This document shows positions 1-14,430 of a DNA stretch of 64,000 nucleotides, piece by piece. The translations under genes were made by a program, and so were the position numbers. Source of the stretch: the human T2T-CHM13v2.0 reference genome, Homo sapiens; assembly GCF_009914755.1 (NCBI RefSeq), contig NC_060944.1. One strand, given 5' to 3'. Numbering within the stretch: the first letter of the stretch is position 1; each line of letters opens with the position of its first letter. The notes below the pieces were generated by a model, which was not told the origin of the DNA, did not search any database, and worked only from the letters and a program-made list of their open reading frames with translations.

Positions 1-276
1 CCTGACTGTGCAGCCTCTCACACTGGCGACCTTCCCTCCTCCCAAGCCTTGAGCCCCCTGGTCAGGCGTGACATTCTACTCTCCTGCCTTCCTCCCTTCC
101 TCTCTCCATGCCCCTTCTCTCTCCAACTTGATCCTCCACTCCTACCTCCTGAAATCTGGCTGTCAGTAACCATAGTGAGTATAAAAGATAATAGTAACTA
201 TGATTTAGTGGACAGTTATTATATATTTATTTATTTCATCTGATCTCAACTACTTATACAGCATTATTTTATGGAA

Positions 277-616
277 GTGGTTCTCAAATGTTGTGGCCTC
301 AGGACGCTTTTATAGGCTTAAAAAATTACTGAGGAGGCTCAAGAGCTTTTATTAACATCAATTATATCTACTGATAGTTACCATGTTAGAAATTAAAACT
401 GTGAAAATTTTAAACAAAATGCACAGCCCACAGAGCCGTGACATCATCACACACCATGTAGTTTCTGGAAAATTTGACTGTACCTTCATGAGAGAATGAA
501 AAAATGGAATATAACATCTTAGTAGTACTGTGAAAACAGTTCTGACGTTGTGAACCCCCTATAAAAGAGTCTCACTGATACCCAGTTGTCCCTGGACCAC
601 ACTTGGAGAATCATTG
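277..616. mobile_element. hAT-Charlie DNA transposon fossil
   Basis: Ends AGTGGTTCTCAAA ... TTGGAGAATCATTG form Charlie-type terminal inverted repeats. Confidence 0.65.
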
Positions 617-1639
617 TTTTACAAAACAGAACCTGAGCCTTAAAGAGGAAAATCAACTTGCCCAGTCACTCGGCTAGCCCACTGAAGAGCTCCAGCCTGA
701 ACCCGGCTCATGCAGCACTGCTGTTACCCTTTCTCTTTCTGCTTTACCCTTCCTGAGAGACAGAATTCACTTCCACCACAGCAACTATCACCTTCCAGTG
801 ACCCATCTGCAAATACGCATCCGCAGAGCTGATAACTCACCTGAGTTTCTACTGCCCGGAGTTCCCACCAGCACCCCAAAACAAATCAACAGACCAACAC
901 GCCCTTCTACCCACCCCAACCCGCGTAGGGCCAGCATCACTGCCTTTGGGAAAGGTCATTCTTCCACTTAATAAGGCCCCAAGCCACTCAGAGTCATCTT
1001 TGACTCCCCACTTCTCTATGTCCTGCTGACTGGTCTTTAGAATGTCTCTTGCAACTGCAAAAAGCAGGATATAGAAGTGTGTACATGACGACGTTCCTAC
1101 ACAAACAGGAAAAAGACTAGGTGCAAACGCACCAAAAGTTTATGAGTAGTTAGCTCCAGATCGTGGGATTATGAGCAATTTGCGATTTGATTTCTTCGGT
1201 ATATTTTTCTGCATAACACATACGTTTCATAAGCATACATTATTTTCATAATCAGAAAATACAGTGATTGCTTCTTCAGGGCTTTGTTTATAAGTTTTGT
1301 CCCTTGCCTCTGCCTTTTCCAATTACAACCATGCCCAGAATCCAATCGCCATGGGTCATATTTCAGTTCTCTTTACTGTCTTCCTGCACTGGTTGTCAGC
1401 ACTCAGACAGACATCTTGAACCTCAGTCTTGCGTCACGGAGTGGTGGCAGGAAAGTCAGGGAGATAATAATGCATAAAAGGCACTTTGCACAGCCCTTGG
1501 CAAATGGTAAATAAAAGTTCACCATTACTGGTGCTAGTATTATTATTTCCCTACACTACTATTAGATGAAACTTCAGAAAACACTAATTGGCGAAAGACA
1601 GCCCTGTTTTAGAACCATCAGTAGCTCACAATGCCTAAT

Positions 1640-1850
1640 AATATACCTGATATTTACAGAACGCTTACTTTTGGGCCCAGCACTGTACGAAATGCTACCT
1701 CATTAAATTACCATTCCAGCCCCACGAGGTGGGTCCTATGGAGATCTCCATTTTACAGATGAAGAAACTGAGGCACAGACATGTTCAATAAAGTGCCAAG
1801 GTATGGAGGTAGAAAGTAAAAGAGCTGGAATTCAAGCCTTTATTCAGACT
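1640..1850 (+). mobile_element. MIR
   Basis: CCATTTTACAGATGAAGAAACTGAGGCACAGA core. Confidence 0.8.
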
Positions 1851-1864
1851 TGCTGCACAAGAGA

Positions 1865-2030
1865 ATTTTCCAGGATGGTGGATATATTTATATCTACATT
1901 ATTGAATATGTGTCTGTTGAGCATTTGAAATGTGCCTAATGCAATTAACTAAAATCCTTTTTTTATTTTATTTTATGTTAACTTAAATAGTCACATAGGT
2001 GGCCGACAGTTATACTGGCCAGCATAGGGA
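1865..2030. mobile_element. MER3-like hAT MITE
   Basis: TTGAGCATTTGAAATGTG...TTAAATAGTCACAT pattern. Confidence 0.55.
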
Positions 2031-2799
2031 TCTAGAGATCAAAAACCCAAATGCCCAGGCTTCACAAAGAAAAGTCCTCACAACACCCTGTCTACCTGCC
2101 TTGCAACTAATTCTTACAAAATCTTCAATTTGTCTAAAATCATTAGTGAAATAAACATGTTCCTACCTTCCAACCACCCCCTGCCCACCTCTCAACTAAG
2201 TCTTCTGTATAATGAAAGGACTTTAGGAAGTTAGAGTAGGGGAGACTTGGATTCAAATCCAGCATCATAGTATCTAGCTATGTGACCTTGGGCGGTCTTA
2301 TTTCTTATTTCTGAATAAGAGACCTCCTTATTACAGTCTCTGAGCCCTTGTTCCTCATCTGTAGAATGGGCTGACAATGCCAACTTCCAAAGAGTATCAG
2401 CCAAGCACCTAACAGAAATTATCTATATGGTCGCTGGCAATATCCCTTCAGGGCTCAACTCAAGTTCCACCCTCTTATCTAAAGAGATGGCAGAAGCACT
2501 GGAGATCTCTTCCTCTAGCCTCTAGAATCCCCTAGAGGTTCCATCTCAACCGTACACAGATTCTATTGTTATTTTTGTGTGTTGTGTATTCTCTGATCGG
2601 CATTTCCCTGAGGCCATGGGCTTCTGTCATCTGTAAGCCCAGAGGCAACGTCACTACATAAAGGGCTCTGAAGGGAACCGAAGCAGCTGGCTCAACCCAG
2701 CATTATTATCTGAGGGGTCTCAGTCTCCCCTGGCTTTTATAGGTCAGTCAATTGGTGAGAGGAGGAAATGCAATTGCCAAGGTAAAGAAATAAGCATAG

Positions 2800-3160
<361 letters not shown>

Positions 3161-3667
3161 TCATCATCACAGACCTAAGAGGCTAACCATGAACTACTTT
3201 CCCTTTGACCTATCTTCTTTTTAAAAGAGGAAGACGTCAGTACACCCTAAAGATATCAAATCCAGGCAAAATGCCACTGGTGGTTTTTTTTCTTCTTTTT
3301 CTCTCCTGAACTTGATAGACTTGATACTAGATTCTACCTGAGAGGCTAATCAGGAAGAAAGGCTAGGAACAGTCAGAAAAGAGAAAGAATGGGGTGGATT
3401 TGCCCTATCAGATAAGCAAGCACATTATACAACATAGCTATAAAGCTGGCACATCACCAGCACTCAGTAAATATTTTTTGGCATTTTTTAAATACTTGTT
3501 TTTGAATAAAGTTACAATTATTAAACTGTAAAAATAATAGTAATGACAACAAGCACTCTTCAGGGAGCCCCTGCTGAATGCCAGGCTCTGTGTGGAGAGC
3601 TTTATCCACATGCGTTATCTCACTTGAACCCACAACAGTGTTTTTCACACCCAACTGCAGCTCTTTC

Positions 3668-3969
3668 GTGGATCACACCTGTAATCCCAGCATTCTGGGA
3701 GGCCAAGGTGGGAGGATCACTTGAGCCCAGGAGTTTGAGACCAGCCTGGGCGACACAGGGAGACCCCGTCTCTACAAATAATTTTAAAAATTAGCCAAGT
3801 GTGGTGGTGTGCACCAATAGTCCCAGCTACTCAGGAGCCTGAGGCAGGGAGATCACCTGAGCCCACCAGGAGGTTGAGGCTTCAGTGAGCCACGACTCTG
3901 CGCCACTGCACTCTAGCCTAGACAACAGGGTAAGACCCTGTCTCAAAAAAAAAAAAAAAAAAAAAAAAA
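3668..3969 (+). mobile_element. AluJ
   Basis: GGAGGATCACTTGAGCCCAGGAGTTT, dimer, long A-tail. Confidence 0.88.
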
Positions 3970-4025
3970 GGCGTAGCTGTGACTGTCTTAAGAAACTGAC
4001 TTTGACTTTGAGCAAGTTAACTATG

Positions 4026-4384
4026 TGCTATGATCTGAATGTTTGTCTCCCCCTAAAATTCAAATATTGAAACCTAACCCCTCACTGAGATAGTATTAAG
4101 AGGTAGGGCCTTTGGGAGGTGATTAGGTCATGAGGTCCTTGTGAATGGGATTAGTACCCTTATAAAACAGGCCCAAGGGAGTCTGTTTGCTCCTACCACG
4201 TGAGTACACAGCAAGAACCTACCATGTATGAGGACCTGGCTCTCAGAAGACAGCCAGACAGCCTATCTGCTGGCACCTTGATCTTGGATATCCCAAGCTT
4301 CAGAACTACGAGAAGTAAATGCTTGTTGTTTATAAGCCACCCAGTTTACAGTATTTTGTTAGAGCAGTCCAAACACACTAAGAA
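4026..4384. mobile_element. MST/MLT1A-type MaLR solo LTR interrupting a MIR
   Basis: TGCTATGATCTGAATGTTTGT...TTTATAAGCCACCCAGT; MIR-like pieces either side. Confidence 0.75.
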
Positions 4385-4879
4385 ACTCTGTCTCCCAATC
4401 TGTAAAATGGCATAACAATAATGTCTCTACCTGCCAAGATGGCTGCAAAGATTAAACTGGATTTTGTACCTGGAGCTAGGACCAGAGAGTCTGGCACAGA
4501 GTCAAGTCTCAATAAAGGTGGCTACCATTTTGCCTACCTAACAGAATCACTTCCGCATTTGAAATGAGTATTACTGCCACATAATTGAAAGCCATAAGGC
4601 AATAAAAATAAACTCATCACATCTTGGCCTGAATCAAGCACTCATATTCCTTACAAGGCTGACTGATTACTGCAAAGGCCCCTAGTTTAGAAACTCAGTC
4701 AAACTCAATACTCCACCACCAGCAGTCCTTACTTTCCAATAACTCTGGGACTTGTTTTTCTGTAGGTTGCTTTCCCTTTGCCTGAGGCTCCACTACTCTA
4801 AAAATAAACATTAAAAACATTAACAACTTCCTTCAATCCTCCTCACAACCAACTGAAACTTCTCCAGTGCCAATGAATT

Positions 4880-5730
4880 TTGTAGGTGACTTTTTAAAAT
4901 TACCTAAATAAGCACTGCTGGGTTAATAATTAATTCTAAGTATTAATTATAAAACTACGCATGAGGAAAGTAAAAACAAACAGTAAAAAAAAAGCCTTTC
5001 ATCTTTGCCTAATGGATTCATCATCAGTCCTCCTCTTTAGAGGTATCAGTGTTAGGTTTCTTACAAACCATTACATATAGATGAATCTGTGTGTGTGTGT
5101 GTGTGTGTGTACATTTGTTAGCACACACAAACACACAACTTTACTCCACTGTGGATATCTTGCTTTTCTCAATCCTCTACCTTGGAACTCTTTTAAGATC
5201 AACACCCTCTTTTTAAGACTTGCATAATAATCCACCAAATGATTTACGCTATAACTTAACAAATTTCCCAATTTTGTATATTAAGGTCACTTATGATTTT
5301 TTGTTATCAATGATGATGCAAAAATCATCATCTTTACACATATATCTTTGTAGGCAGAAATATAATCCATATAATAAAAATTAGAAATTAGAAAAAGTAG
5401 AAATGAAATGGTCAAATCAAAAAGTTTATAGATTTCCAATTTTTTAAGGGAAGCATTTTCTGCTTAAGTATACAGATTTCTAATCTTGACAGCTACTGTC
5501 AAATTTCCCAATATGAAAGTTTCAGATGTTTTGATCCCTTATGCTTCCGTGATCAATGCAGAGGCGTCTGTTTCATCACTCCTGTACCAGCAATTGGTGC
5601 TCAGTTAATATTTATCAATCTCACTGGTAAAAAAATGGCATTTTATCACTATTATAGTATGCATGTCTTTCCTTATAAATTAGGTCAAGTATATTCAGTT
5701 GCCAATTTATATATCTCTTTCTACTCACTG
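4880..5730 (-). mobile_element. Old L1M fragment
   Basis: Degenerate antisense L1 3' sequence. Confidence 0.5.
5087..5110. repeat. (TG)n microsatellite
   Basis: Directly visible. Confidence 0.95.
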
Positions 5731-5734
5731 CCAA

Positions 5735-7038
<1,304 letters not shown>

Positions 7039-8179
7039 TAACAAATACTTTCTAAAGTTACACAATACAATTTTCTAGCATGTGTTCACCTTTTTCCAAA
7101 AAAGAAAAAGAACTTCTATACACATGAAAATCCATAATAAAGAAAAATCGTTCTAAAGTTTATCTTCTATGATGGAATGTACACAGAAACAAAAATATTC
7201 CCTTAGAGCAAAAAAGTCAAACTCTTACTCTAAACAGCTTTAGAAATAACTCAAAAGTCACAAAAAGCAGATTCTGAAAACACTGGGTTTTAATGATTAC
7301 AAACCAAAATAATGATTCCCTACTTGCCAAGAGAAGAAACAGATTTAGATGAGTCAAATAAGGTTCTGGAAATCTTTTGATTTTATGGCCTTCGGCTGCC
7401 CCAATCAGGCATCAGAACTACCAAACATTAACATCCACAAGTTGATATGACAAAAGCAAAAAGGCCCTATGGTAAGTCAAATATCCACCAACTTGGTAGA
7501 GAAGTCAATAAAATCAAATGGCTCTGTGTGAACCTTGCCTGTCACCTTGGAGGACACATCCCATTTCTACCTCATTCTTTGAAGTCAAACCAATTTAAAA
7601 AGTAACTTTTCCAAAGAAACTTTCTAAACGGATTAAAAAGAGGTCATTGAAAAGGGAGCACAGGCTATTTTTCAGTGAATGAAGAGAAGGATTCTGAAAA
7701 AGCATTACTTCGTAGAAATATATAACAAGATTAAATTTTGTGTGTAACACTCTTCCTCTCTCTTAATATCAGAGTATTTCAAACACGTGTAAAGCGTCCC
7801 TGACTTTTTTCTAGGAGTCAGGACTTTGTCAAAGTTTTCCCATCCACTCTCTAACATGAAGTTAGGAACTGCTAAGTTATCGATTAGACATTCAGGGAAT
7901 CAAAATCATCTCTAACTGAAAGATTAAAAAGTAGCATGGTTAATTGTTAAGAGAACTTCTGAGTTGGTAGAAATGAGGGGTTCACCTGACAGTTCGTGGT
8001 GCCCCCCTCAGCACTCTCACCTTCCCCCCAACTATTTTACATCTTCATGGTAACGTTCCCTTGATGCTTTTTTAAAGGGGGAACAAGAACATCTCAAGTT
8101 AATACGATGGAGAGAGTTAATAGAATCTTCTCCTTTACCACCAGGGTCCTCTCCAGGGCAATGTGAACGGGACAGCAGT

Positions 8180-8760
8180 GCACGAAGTCCTCCAGGCCCC
8201 CAGAGGCCACAGCCTGGGCCCGGTGGGCCAGGGACCAGCCGGTGACACTTTTAAGTCCAGGCTGGCTTTGGGGGAGCTGGAAACAGGCTTCCTCTGGGTG
8301 GGGGCGCGACGAGGGGGCGGGGCGCGGGCGGCCCCACTCACCTGCGATTCATGGGCCGGACCCTCACGGCCACCTTGACCGATGCCATCGCTCATCCCGA
8401 ACCAGCCCGCGCGGGGTCCCACTAGCCCAGAACTCCGCGGTCGCCGGCGACGCTGGCTACTCAGATCGCGGCTCCCGCCCACTTCCCTCTCGCCCCCGCC
8501 CCTCTGCTCCCGGCCGGACCTGGAGTTCCGCGGCGGCCCCACCTGCCAGGCCACTGAGCATGCCCAGAACGGCTCCGGCCCGCGTGATCCATGCGCCACG
8601 GTTTGGCGGCGGCCGGGCGGTGCAGAGGGGCGGGGCCGCGGGGCCTGGAAGCAGCCTCCGGGATCTGCAAGTCTGGAAAGGCCACGTTGTGGACCTTGGC
8701 GCAGAGGTTATGGGGGCGACCCGGAGCGGATGGTTTCAGGAAAACTAGAACCCACCCTCA
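8180..8760. promoter_or_regulatory. CpG island / KIF16B promoter and 5'UTR
   Basis: Very high GC and CpG density against a CpG-depleted background; GC boxes (GGGGCGGGG near 8314 and 8627), ETS-like ACTTCC near 8481; no TATA box evident. Exact TSS cannot be read from sequence. Confidence 0.9.
8342..8388 (-). CDS. KIF16B: KIF16B (kinesin-3 motor) first coding exon, 47 nt, MASVKVAVRVRPMNR + 2 nt
   Basis: Reverse complement ATGGCATCGGTCAAGGTGGCCGTGAGGGTCCGGCCCATGAATCGCAG|GTGAGT; kinesin N-terminal VKVAVRVRP motif; matches recalled KIF16B N-terminus MASVKVAVRVRPMNRREK; strong Kozak (gcgATGG); canonical donor at 8341-8336; inside a CpG island. Not in the ORF track because it is split by the intron. 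Confidence 0.95.
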
Positions 8761-9149
8761 TGGCCTGAACAACTGGAGAGAAGAGGATCGCAGCAATTTA
8801 AAGCCAGCGGCAAGGATCACAGTCCTGGGGTCAGGTGACCAAAGCCAGTTTTTCAGCCCTTAACAAGAACCTGGCTTCACCCAGCCAAACATGAGTTAAC
8901 GTATCCATTTTACACACGAACAAACTGAGGCGCAGAGATGATCACAGCTTGTTGGTGGCAAACTCCGCTAGGGCCTTCTCTGCTACCCTAAGGAGGTCCG
9001 ACCGTATGTTTTGGACCCCTTAACTCGGGATACCGATAAACGAAAATTAATAGGGTGTTGGATGTTTTAAATGTGTGCGGGAATGTCATTATATTGGCTA
9101 GAATCAAACCTTATTTAGACTTGTTTTGCACTTTTGTACACTTTAGTAA

Positions 9150-9498
<349 letters not shown>

Positions 9499-10009
9499 GA
9501 CAACTGGTATCTTAAGGCTTAGGGCCTCTGGTAGAAGTGAGCTCCACCTCCCTTCCTGTGTAGAAGGTAAATGCATTCATTCATTCAGTGAATCGAGCAT
9601 GCATGAAATCGTTTGCGCACACCCAGAAGCCCACCTGCGAGCCACAGGAGCAGCCATTCCAGGAAGCCAAGCTATAATGGGAGACGCAAGGAATGGAGGC
9701 GGAACTCCTGTTTTTAAGTCCTAGCTCCAACACTAGCCTTGTCAGCCTGTAATTCTGAATTACTGGGCGCCTCTGAGGCTTCTTGTCTCATCTGCAAATC
9801 AGGAACAACGGCATAGAGTGGTGAATGCATCAAGTGGGATGATGTCTGCAAGTACGCAACCCGCTTACACAAAGAATTATCTTTCCATAACCTTCCCTGG
9901 ACCCCTAGGGCCAGCAGGGAATCATAGCCTCCCTTTGTTTCTAGAGCCCGGAAATCACTGGGTTTTCCCTCTGTCTGGAGCAGAGCTGGGTGCGAATTTG
10001 ACCAACGGG

Positions 10010-10270
10010 TGGCAGGAACACCCGGAGCAGGATATTAAGGAGCGGGCGAGCTTGCCAAGCATGCGCAGTAGCGGCGGGTTGGTTTGAGAAGCCCCCAGGG
10101 AGCCAGCGCGGCGACCTAGCTGGCTGGGGCAGGGGAGGGGCCCGCCTTATATGGGAGCTGCGTGGGGACAAACTGTTCGGGCCCAACGCGCGGGTCTGAG
10201 AGACAGCCACGCCTGCTCCGGGTCACTCCGGCCACCTGGGGGGCGTCGGCGCGCAGACTCTGGCCAGTTC
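10010..10270. promoter_or_regulatory. Second small CpG-rich element with CArG box
   Basis: Local CpG cluster; CCTTATATGG at 10145-10154 fits CC(A/T)6GG; GCATGCGCA (NRF1-like) at 10059-10067. Confidence 0.6.
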
Positions 10271-10894
10271 AGTATTCAAACTCTTCAGGAGTGCTAACTT
10301 ACTCATGACAGCGATTTTCTGTATCGGGGTTTCATTGGTCGGTGGTTTAGAAGGTTTTGCTCATTCATTCGTTAATGTAATTCCAACAACCTACACGTGT
10401 TTATAAGCCCCCTTTCCATCCACGACTTTGCTGTCTGACACAAAACGGACCATCGCAGCCCGGCAGACGCTTTAGACAACAAACAGCATGCCTGGAGCTT
10501 TTCAATAGGAAGCAGTAAGGCTTGATCATCACAGACGATACGGAACGGGCACTTTCTTAGCAGAAAATATTTCTATTGGGGCGTGAAGGAAGTTTCTGAA
10601 AGGGAAGATTATTATAAGATAAGGGGTTTGCTCATCTCAGACTTTAGTGTGCCTGCTTTAAAGTGTTTTGCAAACTTGAATGTTTAAAGGAATCACCTGG
10701 CGGTCTTGTGAAACTGCAGCTTCTAATGGGCAAGTCAGAGGGGAAGCCTGAGACATGGCATTTCCAGCACGTTCGGGGAGTGAAGATGCTGTCGGCTGCC
10801 ACCCTCCCTGCAAGGAGCCAGGGGATAGATGACCTCTACGCAAACTGTGAGAGCTTAAAATAACTGATAGTGAAAAACAGTTACAGAAGCTCTA

Positions 10895-11252
<358 letters not shown>

Positions 11253-11774
11253 TTATGTACTGATGCATAAAAATAATGGCCAAAAATGTGGAGGCTTAAA
11301 ACAAAAACCGGTTATTATTTCTCTCAATTCTTTGGGTTGCTGGTGTCACCCGGGCTTTGTGGCTGGGCTCTAGGCTCAGCTGGGGTGAGGAAAAGTTGGT
11401 GCATTTTGCTTTTTCATCCTCAAAAAGTTTAGACCAGGTTCCAGATTTCTTGCGGCGGCGAGACACCTCGCCAGGAGAGCACCGCACTATGCACAAGCCT
11501 TTGCTGGACTTCCATTGACCAAAGGCAGTCACATGGTCACGCCCAGGCAATGTGGGAGGGCCCCGCAAAGGAGGGGTGGGTACTCAAGAGAGCCACTAAA
11601 TAACAAACCTACCTTAAGATCACATTTATTTCTAACATTTTAATAGTTATAGTTCAGTATAATTGATTTTCCTGGTAATCCCATTTATTTTATTTTATGC
11701 ATTTTAAAATGTTATTCTGAAAATGTTACTCTCACCAAACAACCAAAAGGGTCCACAGCATAAAAAAGATTTAA

Positions 11775-12200
<426 letters not shown>

Positions 12201-12891
12201 GACATTTTTATTTTCTAAGAAGGTTGAATTGTGATGGGAAGGAGAAGAGAAAATTCTGAAATCTGGGTTAAAACCCAAATGGTCTCAAGATGCATATGTG
12301 CATGGCGGGACTGTGGGGTGGGGGATGTGGTTGTTTAGTTTGTTTTGATGTAGTTTATTTTGGTCTTCATTTATTATTGAAATTTTTTTCTGATGTTTAG
12401 CAATCTCTTTTTTAAAACGTTTTTTCAAATCTTTTTTTAATCTCTATTTTGAAAACTTTTTTAACGGACGAAAACTTTTGAGTGACTTAAGCTCTCTGAG
12501 TCTTAGCTTCTTCATTTCCACGCAAAATAGCACTGTAATAGAATGTTCACTCCACCGCAAAATATTTGAATCATCAGGGAATACTGTTATCAGAAGAAAA
12601 ATACTGTATTTCTCATGAGCTGTGCTTTTTCTTCATCCTAGCCTCTGAGGAATAAAATTGATTTACTTTCTTACAAACATGACTTTTAAAAAATCTTGAT
12701 GAACATCAGACTGGCACGCTTAAATTGGGACAAAGGATATAACTGACACCTCATAAACCCATCGATTTCCCTATGTGCTAGAAGCACTCACCAGAAGCAT
12801 TATATCACATGATACACTTAGTGTCTCCTACAGGAGTGCCTTACACCAAGGGACTTAAGTTGAATTTAAGAGCTATGTGGTGAGCCAATGA

Positions 12892-13295
<404 letters not shown>

Positions 13296-13949
13296 TACGA
13301 TTTTCATTTTCTAAGTCACAAAATTTAAAGTATATTTAGAATCTTCTAAAATACTAAACATTAAAAGCAGGAATAATTTGAAAAAGTATACTTTGGGGCT
13401 AGAGAGAAAATCTGAGCTCCAAAATCACAGTAAAGATAATTGCAAAAATCGTACTAAGTAATTTTAGTAAAGCTTTAGGCAGGTAACCATGAATGCCTGC
13501 TTTCTTTTATAGCAAAAGTGAATAAAGAAATCACATTAGATTCAATTTAATAGACGCTATCACCCTAAATCATAGTCATTTTATATACTAAGATAAAAAT
13601 GATTGTTTTCAATTGCATATAACTGTATGCAACCATATATATAAAACTATGTGGTCATAAATAGTTCAGAACTGATAGACTGTAGAGTCTGTGGCCTCAT
13701 TTTAACTTCGAAAGAGTGAGAAACCATATTTATTTAAAGTGATTGGGAAAAGTTTCATGGATGAATTAGTTTTGGAGATCGGTCTTGCAGGAGGGACAGA
13801 TTTGAACCCAGAAAATGGTGAGGAGGTGACTTCTAAAGCAGAGGAAATTCCTTGAACAAATGTTTAGTGTTGGAAAAGTGAGTCCTGCTTCTGGAATAGT
13901 GAGAAAGCCTCTTTACCTGAAGCACAGTGTAAAGTTTAAAAATAGTTGT

Positions 13950-14430
13950 AAATGCTTCTCTTCCCTGGACTCATACCTTGTGATGTCATTTTGCAGCTCC
14001 CCTCAATGGGAAGTAGAATCTCTTTCTCCACCTCTTCAATATGGCTGGCCCTGGAACTTCCCTTGGCACACAGAATGCAGCAGAATTGGCTTCATGTTGT
14101 TTCTAAGCCTTGGCCTCAGAGGCCTTGCATGCATCCTAACCCTGGCTCTAGGAAACTTGCTGCTGTCATGTAAGCAAGCCCAGGCTAACCTACTGAATGT
14201 TGGTGTGTCCCAGTCAAATCCAGCACTGCAACCAATAGCCAGGCAGCCACCAGACATGTGAGTGGGGCCACCTCACACCAGCCAACCTCCACCAAGTCAT
14301 CAGATGTATGAGTGAGAACAGCCCAGAACAACTGAGCCCGTCCAGACCAGCGGAACAACCAAGCTGACCAGTAGACTTAGGAGCAGTAAACAGATGATTG
14401 TTATGGAAGCCATTCTGTTTAGGGTGTGTG
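13950..14430. mobile_element. MLT1-family MaLR LTR
   Basis: GGAAGTAGAATCTCTTTCTCCACCTCTT...CCAGACATGTGAGTG pattern. Confidence 0.6.

Noticed and set aside
8135-8863. Several 70-168 aa ORFs over the CpG island
   Set aside because: GC-rich DNA lacks stops; low-complexity G/R/P peptides. Only the 47-nt KIF16B exon and the uATG segment are supported.
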